From assembly GCF_018350175.1 (NCBI RefSeq), contig NC_058372.1, positions 18,290,001 through 18,354,000 of the forward strand: DNA of 64,000 bases, in the 5' to 3' direction. This document shows positions 25,743-37,178 of the stretch, piece after piece. A program made the translations under genes and the position numbers. Each line of letters opens with the position of its first letter. Within the stretch, counting starts at the first letter, position 1. This stretch comes from Felis catus. Lineage: Eukaryota. Under the pieces are notes generated by a model. The model worked only from the letters and a program-made list of their open reading frames with translations. It did no database searches and was not told where the DNA came from.

Positions 25743-27798
25743 CCTCTAATAATTGTCACTGCAAAGTTAATGACGCTTCTGCCAATGAAATGACAGAACA
25801 AGGGAGGGGCCATGAGGAACTGGTGTTTTAAATGGCAGATGCCATATTGTGACAGTACGGAGCTCGTGGCTGTCTAGGATATTTCACTGATACGGAAAAG
25901 AAGCACGCTGGTGTCCCGACAATACGAACCAGGGCAGGAGAGTTTCTGTGCCTCCAAAATGAAGGGAAACATTACGCAGAGCTGGGCGGAGGTGAGAAAT
26001 AATTCCTCCCAGGCTGCCTTCCCTTGTCTCCATCAGCTCAGTTTCACGCGCTGGCATTCCAGAGATCTGCTGCAATGCTGATGAACTGGGCTGCCATAAA
26101 ATTCTTGCAAGTGTGCCCGGCTGGTGGATCTAATCTTGTCAGGAATTATGGGGCCTGGTTGGAAAGTACGGGTTTTTGCACAAGGCTCGCCAACCCCAGG
26201 CTTACAATCAGCACGAGCGCAAGTTGCAGAACCTGCATTTGCCTTGAAATGGCCTTTCCCTGTTGCAGCCCGAGTCCCGCATTCCCCAGCTTTAAATAAA
26301 ATCAGCAGCAACATCGACCATGCCTATAAATGTGGGCACTCTGTGGGTTACTTGGCTTCAGAGCCTTGTCCTCATCCAAGCTGTTGTGATTCATTTCCTT
26401 GTTTATTCCATAACTGCATGCTACTGAATTTGAGTTCTGCGCCCAAAATATTGAACTTAGCTACGGAAAGGGACACCCGGGACCCCTCTGTATATGCAGA
26501 AGACAATAAAAGCAAAACGACAGACAGCCCCGCTTCCCGCTTGGATTATGCTTCCCGTGCCAACCCAATGGGGAGAATGATCGTTGGAAATGACCAGCCC
26601 TGGTTAAGACAACGGTTGAGGCGAACAGTGCGCCCAGTTCGCAGTATCTTGAAGAAGGGGTCTAGCGAATGCCGATCCTAAATCAACGAGGTGGCAGTAA
26701 CGTGGCAGGATGTGTGTCTGCGGAAAGTGTTTCCAGTCTGCAGTATGGTGCTGCCTGCCACCTCCCATCAAGAATATGCAATGGATGATTGCCTGGAAAT
26801 GGATGCTTTGTCACACGTGGCATGGTGGAAATACTAGGCAGCAAAGAGCAAGCAGTGAGTAAGGAGACACGTATACTTCTACCTAAGTGACAGTCCAGGG
26901 CTTGGGTGGTATAGGCTTGGTCTTGCTGCACTCACCATCCACAAATTACACGTAGAGTCCCGTTGTGGCGGACCCCAATATGGTGCTGTTCAGAATAATC
27001 GCGTTTTCTACTTGAAAAAGAGACTTGAAGAAATCCAAAGCGAAGTCACTGCGGCGGCGTGCCATGAAAGAATGTGTGTTCGCTACCTCTCTCCGACTTG
27101 GGGATCCCCCGTATTAATTTCTCGAGGGGCATGCGGCCAGACCCTGGGGTGACAAGATCCTTATTCACTGCTGGGGGGAGAGCCCAAGTGCAGATTATTT
27201 ATCTGTGAAATGGCTCTGAGTGGTCTTTGGGGGTCAAAAGTCTCCAAAGCCATCCTTCTTAAAGTGTCACGGAATGAAGGGCTCTTAAATTCTTTCCTCT
27301 TACTACTGCCTTCATCGTACCTGTTGAGAAAGTCAACAAAGTAGGAATGAGGGGAAATCACATTAGTTACAACATTTCACCATGGCAATAATGCTGATAG
27401 GTCCTGACGAGAATCCTGACTCACCCTGTATTCTTTATCTCCTCCCGGGACAGCTTGCCTAGGACTGAAAAACTCAGCACTGTGGCTGGGCCAGAACCGA
27501 TTCCACTGCATTTTCAGGGAGCGACCAGTCTAGCCTGGCAGAAACTTGGGGTGTATTTGGGTGCGTGTCTGCATGGGTATGCACGCACTGCAGGGTTATG
27601 GCACTCAAATTTCCATTTGTGTTCCCAAGCTGAGTGGTTAGCTTTTGACACAAAACACATGGAAATCCCTTTGTTGGCATATCCCTAACTGAGAATTTCT
27701 GTTATGAGTGGAATATTCATCAGAACAGCCAAATCCAGTGATTCAGCCCAGGACCAGTTTCCATTTATCTAAGAAATGGGTTGAAAATGGAGAGGACC

Positions 27799-28270
27799 TG
27801 TGTGTTTGTCAGGGTGTGCCCGAGGAATAGAACCGATAGGAGGTACATATATTTATTGGAAGAATTGTCTCACATAATTATGAAGGCCAAGAAGCACTAT
27901 GGTCTGCTGTCTACAATCTGGAGAAGCGAGAAAGCAAGTGGCATTGCTCCGTTGGAGCCCAAAGGCCCCAGAATCTGGGGAATCAATGGTAGAAATCCCA
28001 GTCTGAATCCAAAGGCCCAGAAACCAGGAGCACTGATATCTGAGGGCAGAAGATAGAATGATTGTCCCAGTTCCATCAGACAGTGAAATCTTCCTTCCTC
28101 CACCATTTTGTTCTATCGAGGCCCTCAACAGATGGGATGATCGCTGCCCGCCTTGGTGAGGATAGTCTTCACTCAATCTACTGGTTGAAGTACTGTTCTT
28201 TTGCAGAGACACTCTTACAGACATGTCCAGAAAAAACGTTATACCAGCTATCTGGGCGTGCCTTAGCCCA
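27799..28270 (-). mobile_element. MLT2-type (ERVL) solo LTR
   Basis: gtcaggg...agaaccgatagga...gaattgtctcacataattatgaaggc...ccagctatctggg...cttagcccag matches MLT2 architecture. Confidence 0.75.
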
Positions 28271-28289
28271 GAATCTCTATGCAGGAATG

Positions 28290-28515
28290 ACAATAATAAT
28301 AGTAAACCCTTAGGGCACTTACCGTAAGTCAGGTACAGTTGCAAACCCTACAAAGATGTTGACTCATAAAATCTTTAAAATACATTTCTGAGACAGGCTC
28401 AGTTGTTAGGAGTTTCACTTTATAAGTTGGGAAGCTCAGGAGTGTAGAAGTTAAGTGCCCTGCCTTTGGTCACACAGCTGTTAAGGAGAACAGCTGGGAC
28501 TTGAAGCCTAGCAAT
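28290..28515 (-). mobile_element. MIR
   Basis: gggaagctcagga...gttaagtgccctgcc...ggtcacacagctg...gctgggacttgaagcc. Confidence 0.65.
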
Positions 28516-28598
28516 GTGCCAAAGGAACTGGACAAATGTTGACAAATTCATGTCTAAGTTTCAGAACGAAGGTGCCAAAATGCTGAGAGATTCCTAGA

Positions 28599-28600
<2 letters not shown>

Positions 28601-28646
<46 letters not shown>
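28601..28646. repeat. (GT)n microsatellite, ~23 units
   Basis: Directly visible. Confidence 0.95.
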
Positions 28647-28648
<2 letters not shown>

Positions 28649-28947
28649 CCTGTCGCTAGGAAATGGCCAGTGCACTGGGCTTGCTGGCCTGGGGGATTTA
28701 CAAGGTGAGACAGTACAGTCGGTTATCTCCCAGTTGGCAGGGGACCCAGAGTTGGATTCCAGATCTATACTGATCAGCTATGTAAACTTGGGCTAACGAA
28801 TGCATCTTTCTGTGCCTCGGTTTCCTTTCTGTTTAATGTGGATAACGATGATCTCATGTGTTGTAGAGTCAAAATGAGGGGATGTTTATAATAAACATGT
28901 AGACTAGAAAGTGCTATATAAGTGTTATAAATATGAAGATAGAGGTA

Positions 28948-29155
28948 GGGGTGCCGGGGTGGCTCAGTCCCTTGAACGCTTGACTCTTGGTTTCAGCTCA
29001 GGTCATGATCTTGCTGTCTGTGAGATCGAGCCCCAAGTTGGGGTCAGCGAGGAGCGTGGAGCCTGCCTGGGATTCTCTCTTTCCCTCTCTCTCTGCCCCT
29101 CCCCTGCTTATGCTCTATGTCTCTCTCACTCTCTCAAAATAAATAAACTTTAAAA
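28948..29155 (+). mobile_element. Can-SINE
   Basis: TSD aagatagaggta (28936-28947 / 29161-29172); sits at the end of a + MIR (~28740-28930). Confidence 0.9.
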
Positions 29156-29339
29156 ATACCAAGATAGAGGTAGAATTATGTAAAATATTCATTTCTCTAT
29201 GTGACTTTTTTTTTTTTTTTTTTTAAGTTGAATTAAGAAATTTAAACGTCCTGCAGTGGAATGCTCTTTCGGACATCGTTGTTATGTATGCCATGGCAAT
29301 AAGGCTTTTAGCTTGTCACGTAGTTTGATGTTGGCTTTT

Positions 29340-29564
29340 TTAAATGCATGATTTTTTTCTTAAGTTTATTTATGTATTTTGAGAGAGAGAGAGAGAATGA
29401 GCAGGGGAGGGGCAGAGACAGATGGAGAGACAGATAATCCCAAGCAAGCCCCACACTGTCAGTGCACAGCCCAATCTGGGACTCGAACTCACAAACAGTG
29501 AGATCGTCACCTGAGCTGAAACCAAGAGTCAGATACTTAACAGCCTGAGCCACCCAGGTGCCCC
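29340..29564 (-). mobile_element. Can-SINE
   Basis: Head ends 29564; TSD agtttgatg(t/c)tg. Confidence 0.9.
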
Positions 29565-29619
29565 AGTTTGATGCTGTTTTTAACCACCGTGTAAAAAGAG
29601 AGATAGAAAAAGATCAGAA

Positions 29620-29826
29620 GGGGCGCCTGGGTGGCTCAGTCGGTTGAGCGTCCGACTTTAGCTCAGGTCACGATCTCACGGTCTGTGAGTTCGAGCCCCA
29701 CGTCGGGTTCTGGGCTGATGGCTCAGAGCCTGGAGCCTGCTTCAGATCCTGTGTCTCCCTCTCTCTCTGCCCCTCCCTCGTTCATGCTCTGTCTCAAAAA
29801 TAAATAAACGTTAAAAAAAAAAAAAA
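29620..29826 (+). mobile_element. SINEC_Fc
   Basis: Perfect TSD agaaaaagatcagaa (29605-29619 / 29827-29841). Confidence 0.95.
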
Positions 29827-29973
29827 AGAAAAAGATCAGAATGCCAAAACTAAATTTGGAAATCGAACCCTAGTAATAACAACAAAACCAAATCCTCATA
29901 TTTATTGGTATCTAAAATTTACTTGTATGACTTAGAAATATTGAAATTACAGTCCTTAGCACCATACAGAACC

Positions 29974-30326
29974 TGAAAGGGCGGGCCTACGCCGGCCGGC
30001 TCCATCTTGTTCTGTGTCCTTCACCTAGACCACGCCTCCTCCCTTTGAGTGACCTCCCACTCACCCATTCAAGCTTCCTGATCAAAACACGCCCCTTCCC
30101 CAGCCAATCGGCCGAGGCCACGCCCCTTCCCCAGCCAATCGGCTGCCCCTAGACCCCTATAAAACCTTTGTGCTTTTGAAACTCTCTCTCTCTCCCTGGT
30201 ATCTCACCGCTGCCTTGGTGCAGGTAGGGGACTGGGCTCGAGCTAGCTCGAATAAAGGCTCTTTTGCTTTTGCATCGGACTCGGCTCCCTGGTGGTCTTT
30301 GGGGATCACGAATTCTGGGCACAACA
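29974..30326 (+). mobile_element. ERV1 (gamma-like) solo LTR
   Basis: TG...CA termini (tgaaagg...acaaca), 4-bp TSD aacc (29970-29973 / 30327-30330), duplicated CCAAT module, TATAAAA 30158-30164, AATAAA 30251-30256; no PBS/PPT/internal sequence. Confidence 0.9.
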
Positions 30327-30379
30327 AACCCAAGTAGATACTAAGTGAATGTTAGCTATTATTATGCCAATCTGGATTT

Positions 30380-30587
30380 CATTAATTAATTAACTTATTA
30401 ATTAATTAATATTTTAGAGAGAGAGTGGGGGAGTGGGGGAGAGGGAGACAAAGAGAGAGAGAATCTTAAGCAGCCTCCACGTTCAGCAGGGAGCCTGACA
30501 CAGAGCTTGATCCCATGACCCTGGGATCACGACCTGAGCCAAAATCAAGAATCCGACGCTCAACGGACTGAGCCACCCAGGTGCCCG
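30380..30587 (-). mobile_element. Can-SINE
   Basis: TSD tatgccaatctg(g/a)attt. Confidence 0.9.
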
Positions 30588-30759
30588 TATGCCAATCTGA
30601 ATTTAAAACCAAATCCTTATCATTTTATTAAATCAATTATCGACACAAATGAAATACCCGGTATGGTGCTTAAGCATTTTAAATTTTTTACCTTAATCCT
30701 AACGAGAATAATGGGAGGTCTCATTTTTAATACTATCCGATATATTTTTATTTCAGACT

Positions 30760-32220
30760 TTTTTTTTTTAACCTCCAGAAGTTTTATTTGGGCCTTTTAA
30801 ATAGTGTACATATTTCTCTTTGGCATGCTTTTGCTTTCCCTACCTTCTCGAATGTGTAGAAGCTAGTTTTTTTTGTTTGTTTTTGTTTTTTTTTTTAAAT
30901 TTTTTTTAACGTTTATTTTTGAGACAGAGAGAGACAGAGAATGAAGGGGGGAGGGTCAGAGAGAGGGAGACACAGAATCCGAAACAGGCTCCAAGCTCTG
31001 AGCTGTCAGCACAGAGCCCGACGTGGGGCTCGAACTCACGGACTGCGAGATCGTGACCTGAGCCGAAGTCGGCCGCTTAACCGATTGAGCCACCCAGGCG
31101 CCCCTAGAAGCTAGTTTTAACAATTGTTTTAATATCCTTGTCCACTAATTTTGTACTCTCTATTATTTCTGTGTCAGTTTTGATTGATTTTTCTTTCCTG
31201 CTTCTTCGCATGGCTGGTGGTTTTTGATTGGACCCCCGACATTGTGAATTCTATCTTGTTGGGAGCTGAATATTCTTTTATTCTTTTAAATATTTTTGAG
31301 CTGTGTGTGGAGGTGCAGTTCAGATTTTCAGAAGCAGTTTGATCCTTTTGAGGCTTACTTTGATTGATTTTTGAAGTTTTATTTATTTTTATTTTTTAAT
31401 TTTTTAAAAGTTTATTTCTGAGAGAGAGAGAGAGAGAGAGAGAGGACACAAGCAGTGGGGGAGGGGCAGAGAGAGAGGGAGACACAGAATCCGAAGCAGG
31501 ATCCAGGCTCCGAGCCATCGGCACAGAGCCCGACATGGGGCTCAAACTCATGAACTGTGAGATCATGACCTGAGCCCAAGTTGGGCGCTTAACCGACTGA
31601 GCCACCCAAGCGCCCCAAGGCTGACTTTTAAACTTTGCAGGTGAGACCAGAACAGCCTTTAGTCTGGGACTACTTCTTCCCCACCACTGCAACAGTTCCC
31701 TTCTGAGTACCGCTGCTCAACGCCCTGTGTATTGTGAGGTTTTTCCACTCTGGCAGGAGGGAACTTGAATATTCCAGAAACTGTCTGAGCTCTAAGGATG
31801 GTTCTGCCTGCTCCATTGGAGTAGCTTTCTCCTGATCTCTGGTAGTTTCCTCAGGGGCATGGTCTGATGAGTACTTGGCTGAAGACTCCAGGCAGACTCG
31901 CTGCGGATTTCCAGAACTCTCTCTGTGACATCTAGACTTGTTGGCCTTCCTGAACTCCCAGCTCTCAACTCAGGGAGACTGCTGGGCTTCACCTGGACTC
32001 CCTGCCTCCACTGTGGCCTGGGATCTCCCCCGCCCCCACCCTCTCCCCCACCAGGGGAGTGTGGGAACCACTCCAGGGCTCTCCCTTCACCTAGGGATCC
32101 ACTGTTTGCGATCTGAAGTTTCGTATTTTTCATGTGTTTTGTCCTGTTTCTTAGTTGTTTAAGGCAAGTGGGTAAATCCAGCTCCTGTCATTCCGTTGTG
32201 ACCGGAAGCGAACATCTTGA
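30760..32220 (-). mobile_element. Old L1 (L1MC/ME-like 5'/ORF1 region) interrupted by SINEC_Fc copies at 30871-31104 and 31362-31616
   Basis: L1M-like phrases (tttgattgg...gacattgtgaatt, ctcaactcagggagactgctgggc); SINE TSDs tagaagctagtttt and aggct(t/g)acttt. Confidence 0.65.
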
Positions 32221-32230
32221 AGTGTTACCC

Positions 32231-32251
32231 TTTTTCAAAAAGTGTTTATCT

Positions 32252-32305
<54 letters not shown>

Positions 32306-32462
32306 AAGGGGAGGAGCAGAGAGAGAGGGAGAGAATCCCAAGCAGGCTCTGTGCTGTCAGCACAGAGCCCAGCGTAAGGCTCAATCCCACGAACCATGAG
32401 ATCGTGACCTGAGCCGAAATCAAGACTCAGACGCTCAACCAACTGAGCCACCCAGGCGGCCC
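32231..32462 (-). mobile_element. Can-SINE with long (GA)n linker
   Basis: TSD ttgaagtgt(t/c)ac; (GA)n ~32255-32300. Confidence 0.9.
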
Positions 32463-32851
32463 TTGAAGTGTCACTTCTCAGTTTAAGGATGAACGAACAG
32501 AATAGGGGAGCTGCACATCCAGAGTGTGGCCTGGGGGACAGGGAGGCCTATTGTTGCATCTGTAGCTTATGCTTCTAACGGTCGTGAACACCAAGTCTTA
32601 AGATTTTAGGTCCTTAATGTAAAGCTAGAATTATACATTCACTTATCCAGTCTTCAGCCTCCTCCTACATTCCAAACAGTAATTTACTTGGAGGCTTAAC
32701 GTGATGTAGTTCAAAACCCGTAAATAGTTTTTATAAGTGAACGTGCACATGTGTGTCTCTCTTAGGCAAACACGGATTCTGACGACTCTCAATTTTTCAT
32801 GTCTAGAGCAGTTTCTTCGTGTCGCCTAGACATTTTCTAAAAAAAAAATTT

Positions 32852-33278
32852 GGGGCGCCTGGGTGGCGCAGTCGGTTAAGCGTCCGACTTCAGCCAGGTC
32901 ACGATCTCACAGTCTGTGAGTTCGAGCCCCGCGTCGGGCTCTGGGCTGATGGCTCGGAGCCTGGAGCCTGTTTCCGATTCTGTGTCTCCCTCTCTCTCTG
33001 CCCCTCCCCCGTTCATGCTCTGTCTCTCTCTGTCCCAAAAATAAATAAACGTTGAAAAAAAAAATTAAAAAAAAAATTTTGTTTAATGTTGATTTATTTT
33101 TGAGAGAGACAGAGCGGGAGCGGGGGAGGGGCAAAGAGAGGGAGACACAGAGTTGGAAGGAGGCTCCAGGCCCTGAGCTGTCTGCACAGAGCCCGATGCG
33201 GGGCTCGAACCCACGAACAGTGACATCGGACCTGAGTCGAAGTTGGACGCCCAACCGACTGAGCCACCCAGGTGCCCC
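32852..33278. mobile_element. Tail-to-tail Can-SINE pair: + SINEC_Fc (32852-33066) inside tail of - SINE (33081-33278)
   Basis: Inner TSD taaaaaaaaaattt; outer TSD cctagacattttct (32825-32838 / 33282-33295). Confidence 0.9.
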
Positions 33279-33353
33279 TTTCCTAGACATTTTCTTATGA
33301 AACATTTACCTATGGAAGACATCTAAAAGACATGTGAAATTTTAAATAAAACA

Positions 33354-33733
33354 GGGGTGACTGGCTGCCTCAGTTGGTGGAGTCTGTGACTCTTTTTTTT
33401 ATGTACATTTTTTTTTAATGTTTATTTATCTTTGAGAGTTAGAGAGAGAGAAAGAGACAGAGCATGAGTGGGGGAGCAGCCGAGAGAGGAGGAGACACAG
33501 AATCCGAAGTAGGCTCCAGGCTCCGAGCCGTCAGTACAGAGCCCTACGCGAGTCTCAAACCCACAAGCCGTGAGATCATGACCTGAGCTGAAGGCAGACA
33601 CTTAACCCACTGAGCCACCCAGGCTTCTAGTTGCTGGAGTCCGCAACTCTTGATCTCAGGGTTGTGAGTTAGAGCCCACACTGGGTGTAGGGATTACTTA
33701 GAAAACATAAAATCTTAAAAACAAACAAACAAA
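33354..33733. mobile_element. + short Can-SINE split by a - SINEC_Fc (33395-33628)
   Basis: Duplicated host segment agttg(g/c)tggagtc(tgtg/cgca)actctt at 33372-33394 and 33629-33651. Confidence 0.85.
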
Positions 33734-35327
33734 ACACAATCACTAATGCCTGGAGAAATTAAGCCATCTATTCAAACTTTCCATTTTCAGCCGGCCCCAT
33801 AACAACACCGTTGCTTTATGCAGAGTTAACTGGCTTGCGCGGGGCATCCGGACTTCTTAAGAACTGGGCTGGGGGGTTCAGGCCAGGGCAGGTACCCCGT
33901 GACTGTTTTGGCTGTTTCTAGTGAGATGAATCCGTTCATCCTGGGCACCACAACCCGCTTTACCAACAGATTCTTTTCACGTGCTGAGCACTACCCAGGT
34001 GCTTAGAAAAGGTTCGTTCTTTGCAAGGGCGGGAGTGATTTATTCCCAGTTTACTTCTGTAAGATCAGCGTGAATAGCTTGCTCAGTTCTGGGCAGGCAC
34101 GGGATTCACAGCGAACTCCAACATCTCCTATGTGCCCTCCACTCCTCCCCGTTCAGTAGGGCAGCAGCAAGATCTAGAAGGGGACCCCAGAGCTCGGGTC
34201 TCGGATAACACTCTGTCACGATACCACAAAACCAGCTCTGAGCAGGACAGGGTAGAAACCTTTCTCAGCAACGCCTCCCACATTACGTATTCATGACCCT
34301 GGGATTATTATTTTATAATTTTTAATTTTGGTGGGGGCTGGAGGTGGACCAGGAGAAAGGAGGCCGATTTACCATGTAACTGAATTTGACCGTGGCTTCC
34401 GTCTCTGGTGGGGTCGTTTTCTTTGTGAATCTGAGTCTCTTATCTCTTCCTGGAACATATTTGAATCTTTACTTTATCACTTCAAAAATGTACTGTAAGC
34501 CTGATTCCTGGTTGTGTTTTTGTTTAAACCCATCTACAAACGTAGCTCATAAACATTAGTGGAAATGAATTTACATTCTAAAATCTATTAATCTAACCCT
34601 ACTCATTATATAAGTGAACCGATAAATAGCAAATAAATCAAACTATGTGAAACAATAAAACAAATTAACCAGTATCATTTAAATAATTGCCATCACGAAC
34701 AGTCATAACAAAGCCCAACAAATTAACACTTTAAGGGTGTTCTCATTTTAATTCCATCCTTACATAGACAGCACCAGACTTCAAATGGATGTTTGGAGGT
34801 CACGTGATGAAAAACGCTGGGAATCAAGGTTGCCAGAATTGGGGCCTGAGTTTTTCCACACTCTGTGGATGTTTAAATTTGGAAGGTTGAGCTCCTGGGC
34901 TCCAGCCCTGGTGTCCCTGGGTTACTGTCTCTTCCTGTTTTCCAGGTAGGGGGCACCTCAAGGTCAACGCCACACGGTCTGTCATGAGGTCATTTTCTGT
35001 TCTGGGGAACAGGTGGACAGCGCCTCAGGGATGACCGCCAGCTTTCAAGTCAGGCTGTACTACCCTGCTTGGCTGTCTCCCCGCTGTGTGGCTTCACTTC
35101 TGCAGTCCGTGATGTCTTCATCTGTAAAATTGGCGCATTGGTGGAATTTACTTGAAAATGACCAAATGAGGTAACGCAGGGGGAGGTCTTCATAGGTGGC
35201 TGTTATTGTGTGCTCAGCAAATGGTCAGTGCTGCTACGATTCCTAGTACTCCTTCTACTAATACCACATCTCACCGAAGTGTGTATTTCCTTTCCTTTCT
35301 CACATTTTTCTTTTTTGTTTCATTTTT

Positions 35328-35553
35328 TATTTAAAAATTTTTTTTAAAACGTTTATTTATTTTTGAGAGACAGAGAGAGACAGAGCGCGAGCAGGGAGGG
35401 GCAGAGAGAGCAAGGGAGACACAGAATCGGAAGCAGGCTCCAGGCTCCGAGGCATCAGCACAGAGCCTGACGCGGGGCTCGAACTCACGGACCGCGAGAT
35501 CATGACCTAAGCTGAAGTCAGATGCTCAACCAACTGAACCACCCAAGCGCCCC
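35328..35553 (-). mobile_element. SINEC_Fc
   Basis: Complete head, (GA)n, T-rich tail. Confidence 0.9.
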
Positions 35554-35784
35554 ATGGTTTTGATTTTTCAGCATTCTGTTGTTCTTTTGGGACATAAGGA
35601 TATTTGTGTATATGTGTGTAGGTGCATTTTGATATCTTAATGCCTTTCTATGGCTGATGTGGAAAAAGAGGGGGTAAGAATCCATTCTAATTAATCTCTG
35701 ATTTCCTATCCAAAAGAAAGACAGCATCCATTCAAAGTCTTTCTACTCCCATCTCCTGCCGGTGCCTTCTCTTTTTTTATGCTT

Positions 35785-36017
35785 TTTAAATTTATTTTAT
35801 TAAAATTTTTTTTAATGTTTATTTATTTTCAGAGAAAGAGAGAGACAGAGTGTGAGCAGGGGAGGGGCAGGGAGAGAGGGAGACACAGAATCTGAAGTGG
35901 GCTCCAGGCTCCGAGCTGCCAGCACAGAGCCCGATGTGGGGCTCGAACTCACAAGCTGTGGGATCATGACCTGAGCCAAAGTTGGATGCTCAACCAACTG
36001 GGCCACCCAGGCACCCC
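35785..36017 (-). mobile_element. SINEC_Fc abutting L1
   Basis: Complete head at 36017; no TSD seen. Confidence 0.9.
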
Positions 36018-36712
36018 TCTAGATACTAGACTTTTGTCAGATATGTGGTTTACAAATATTTCCTTTCAGTCTGCACCTTTTTTTTCCTTTTCTTTCTTTT
36101 TTTCTTTTTTTTTAAAATCATCTTGACAGGGTCTTCTATGGAGCAAAAGTTGTAAATTTTGATGAAGTCCAATTTATTATTTTTTTCTTGCTATGGGTTG
36201 TGTTCTTTGTGTTAAATCTAAGAACTCTTTTCCTAACTCTAGCTGGTGAATATTTTCTTCTAAGAGATTTATAGTTTGACATTTCACATTTAAGCCTATG
36301 ATTCATTTTGAGTTAATTTTGATAGAAGATGTGAGGTTTCAATTGAGGTTTATTTTTTTCCCCTTATGGATGAATATTCACCTGCTTTAGCACTATTTGT
36401 TGAAAGGCTATCTTTCCTCCATAGACCTACTTTGACACCCATGTCAAAAATCACTTGGGCATATGTGTATGAGCTATTTCTGGATTCTCTATTCCATTCC
36501 ATTGTCCACCCATACTAAATAGTGTTGATTACTATAGCTATTAAAAAATCTTGAAGTTGGGTAGAATGATTCTTCTAACTTCTTTGTTCCTTTTCAAATT
36601 CATTTTAATTTTTCTAGTTCTCTCGCTTTTCCATAAAAATTTTAGCATAATCGTGTCTGTATCTACTAAAAAAAAATCTTGCCAGGGTTTTGATAGGAAT
36701 TGAGTTAAACTT

Positions 36713-37178
36713 TGTAGGGGACTGAAGAGTGTCCCCTTTCCCTCCCCCTGAAACATGTTTGCTTGGAACATCAGCATGTGATGTTATTTGGAAATTAGGA
36801 ACTTTGTAGATGTAGTTAATTAAGATGATGTCATACTGGCTTAGGATGCAGTCATACTAAATTCAGTGAATGGTGTTTTTATAGGAAGAGGACAGAACAC
36901 ACAGAGACATAGAGACACATAGGGAGGACACCCATGTGAAGGTGGAGGAAGAGACTGAAACTATGTTGTCATAAGCCAAAGAATGCCAAGGATTGCTGGG
37001 AACTACTAGAGGGTAAGAGAGCCACATAACCAATCTCTCTCAAGGACCCTAGAAGAAATCAATTCTGCCAACCCCTTTATTTCAGACTCTGGCCTTCAGA
37101 ATTGTGAGAGAAAAAAAAATCTCGTTTTAAACCACTTAGTTTGTGGTAACTTGTTACGACAGCCTTAGGAAAATTGTA
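36713..37178 (+). mobile_element. MLT1 (MaLR, MLT1C-like) solo LTR
   Basis: gtgatgttatttggaaat...aagccaaagaatgccaaggattgc...cagaattgtgagag...gtttgtggtaacttgttacgacagccttaggaaa. Confidence 0.85.

Noticed and set aside
26124-26681. 185-aa ORF in unique DNA
   Set aside because: Non-ATG start, no recognisable domain, no poly(A)/TSD of a retrocopy; compatible with chance.
29974-30326. Full provirus
   Set aside because: Single LTR with TSD on both sides; no PBS, gag, pol or env.
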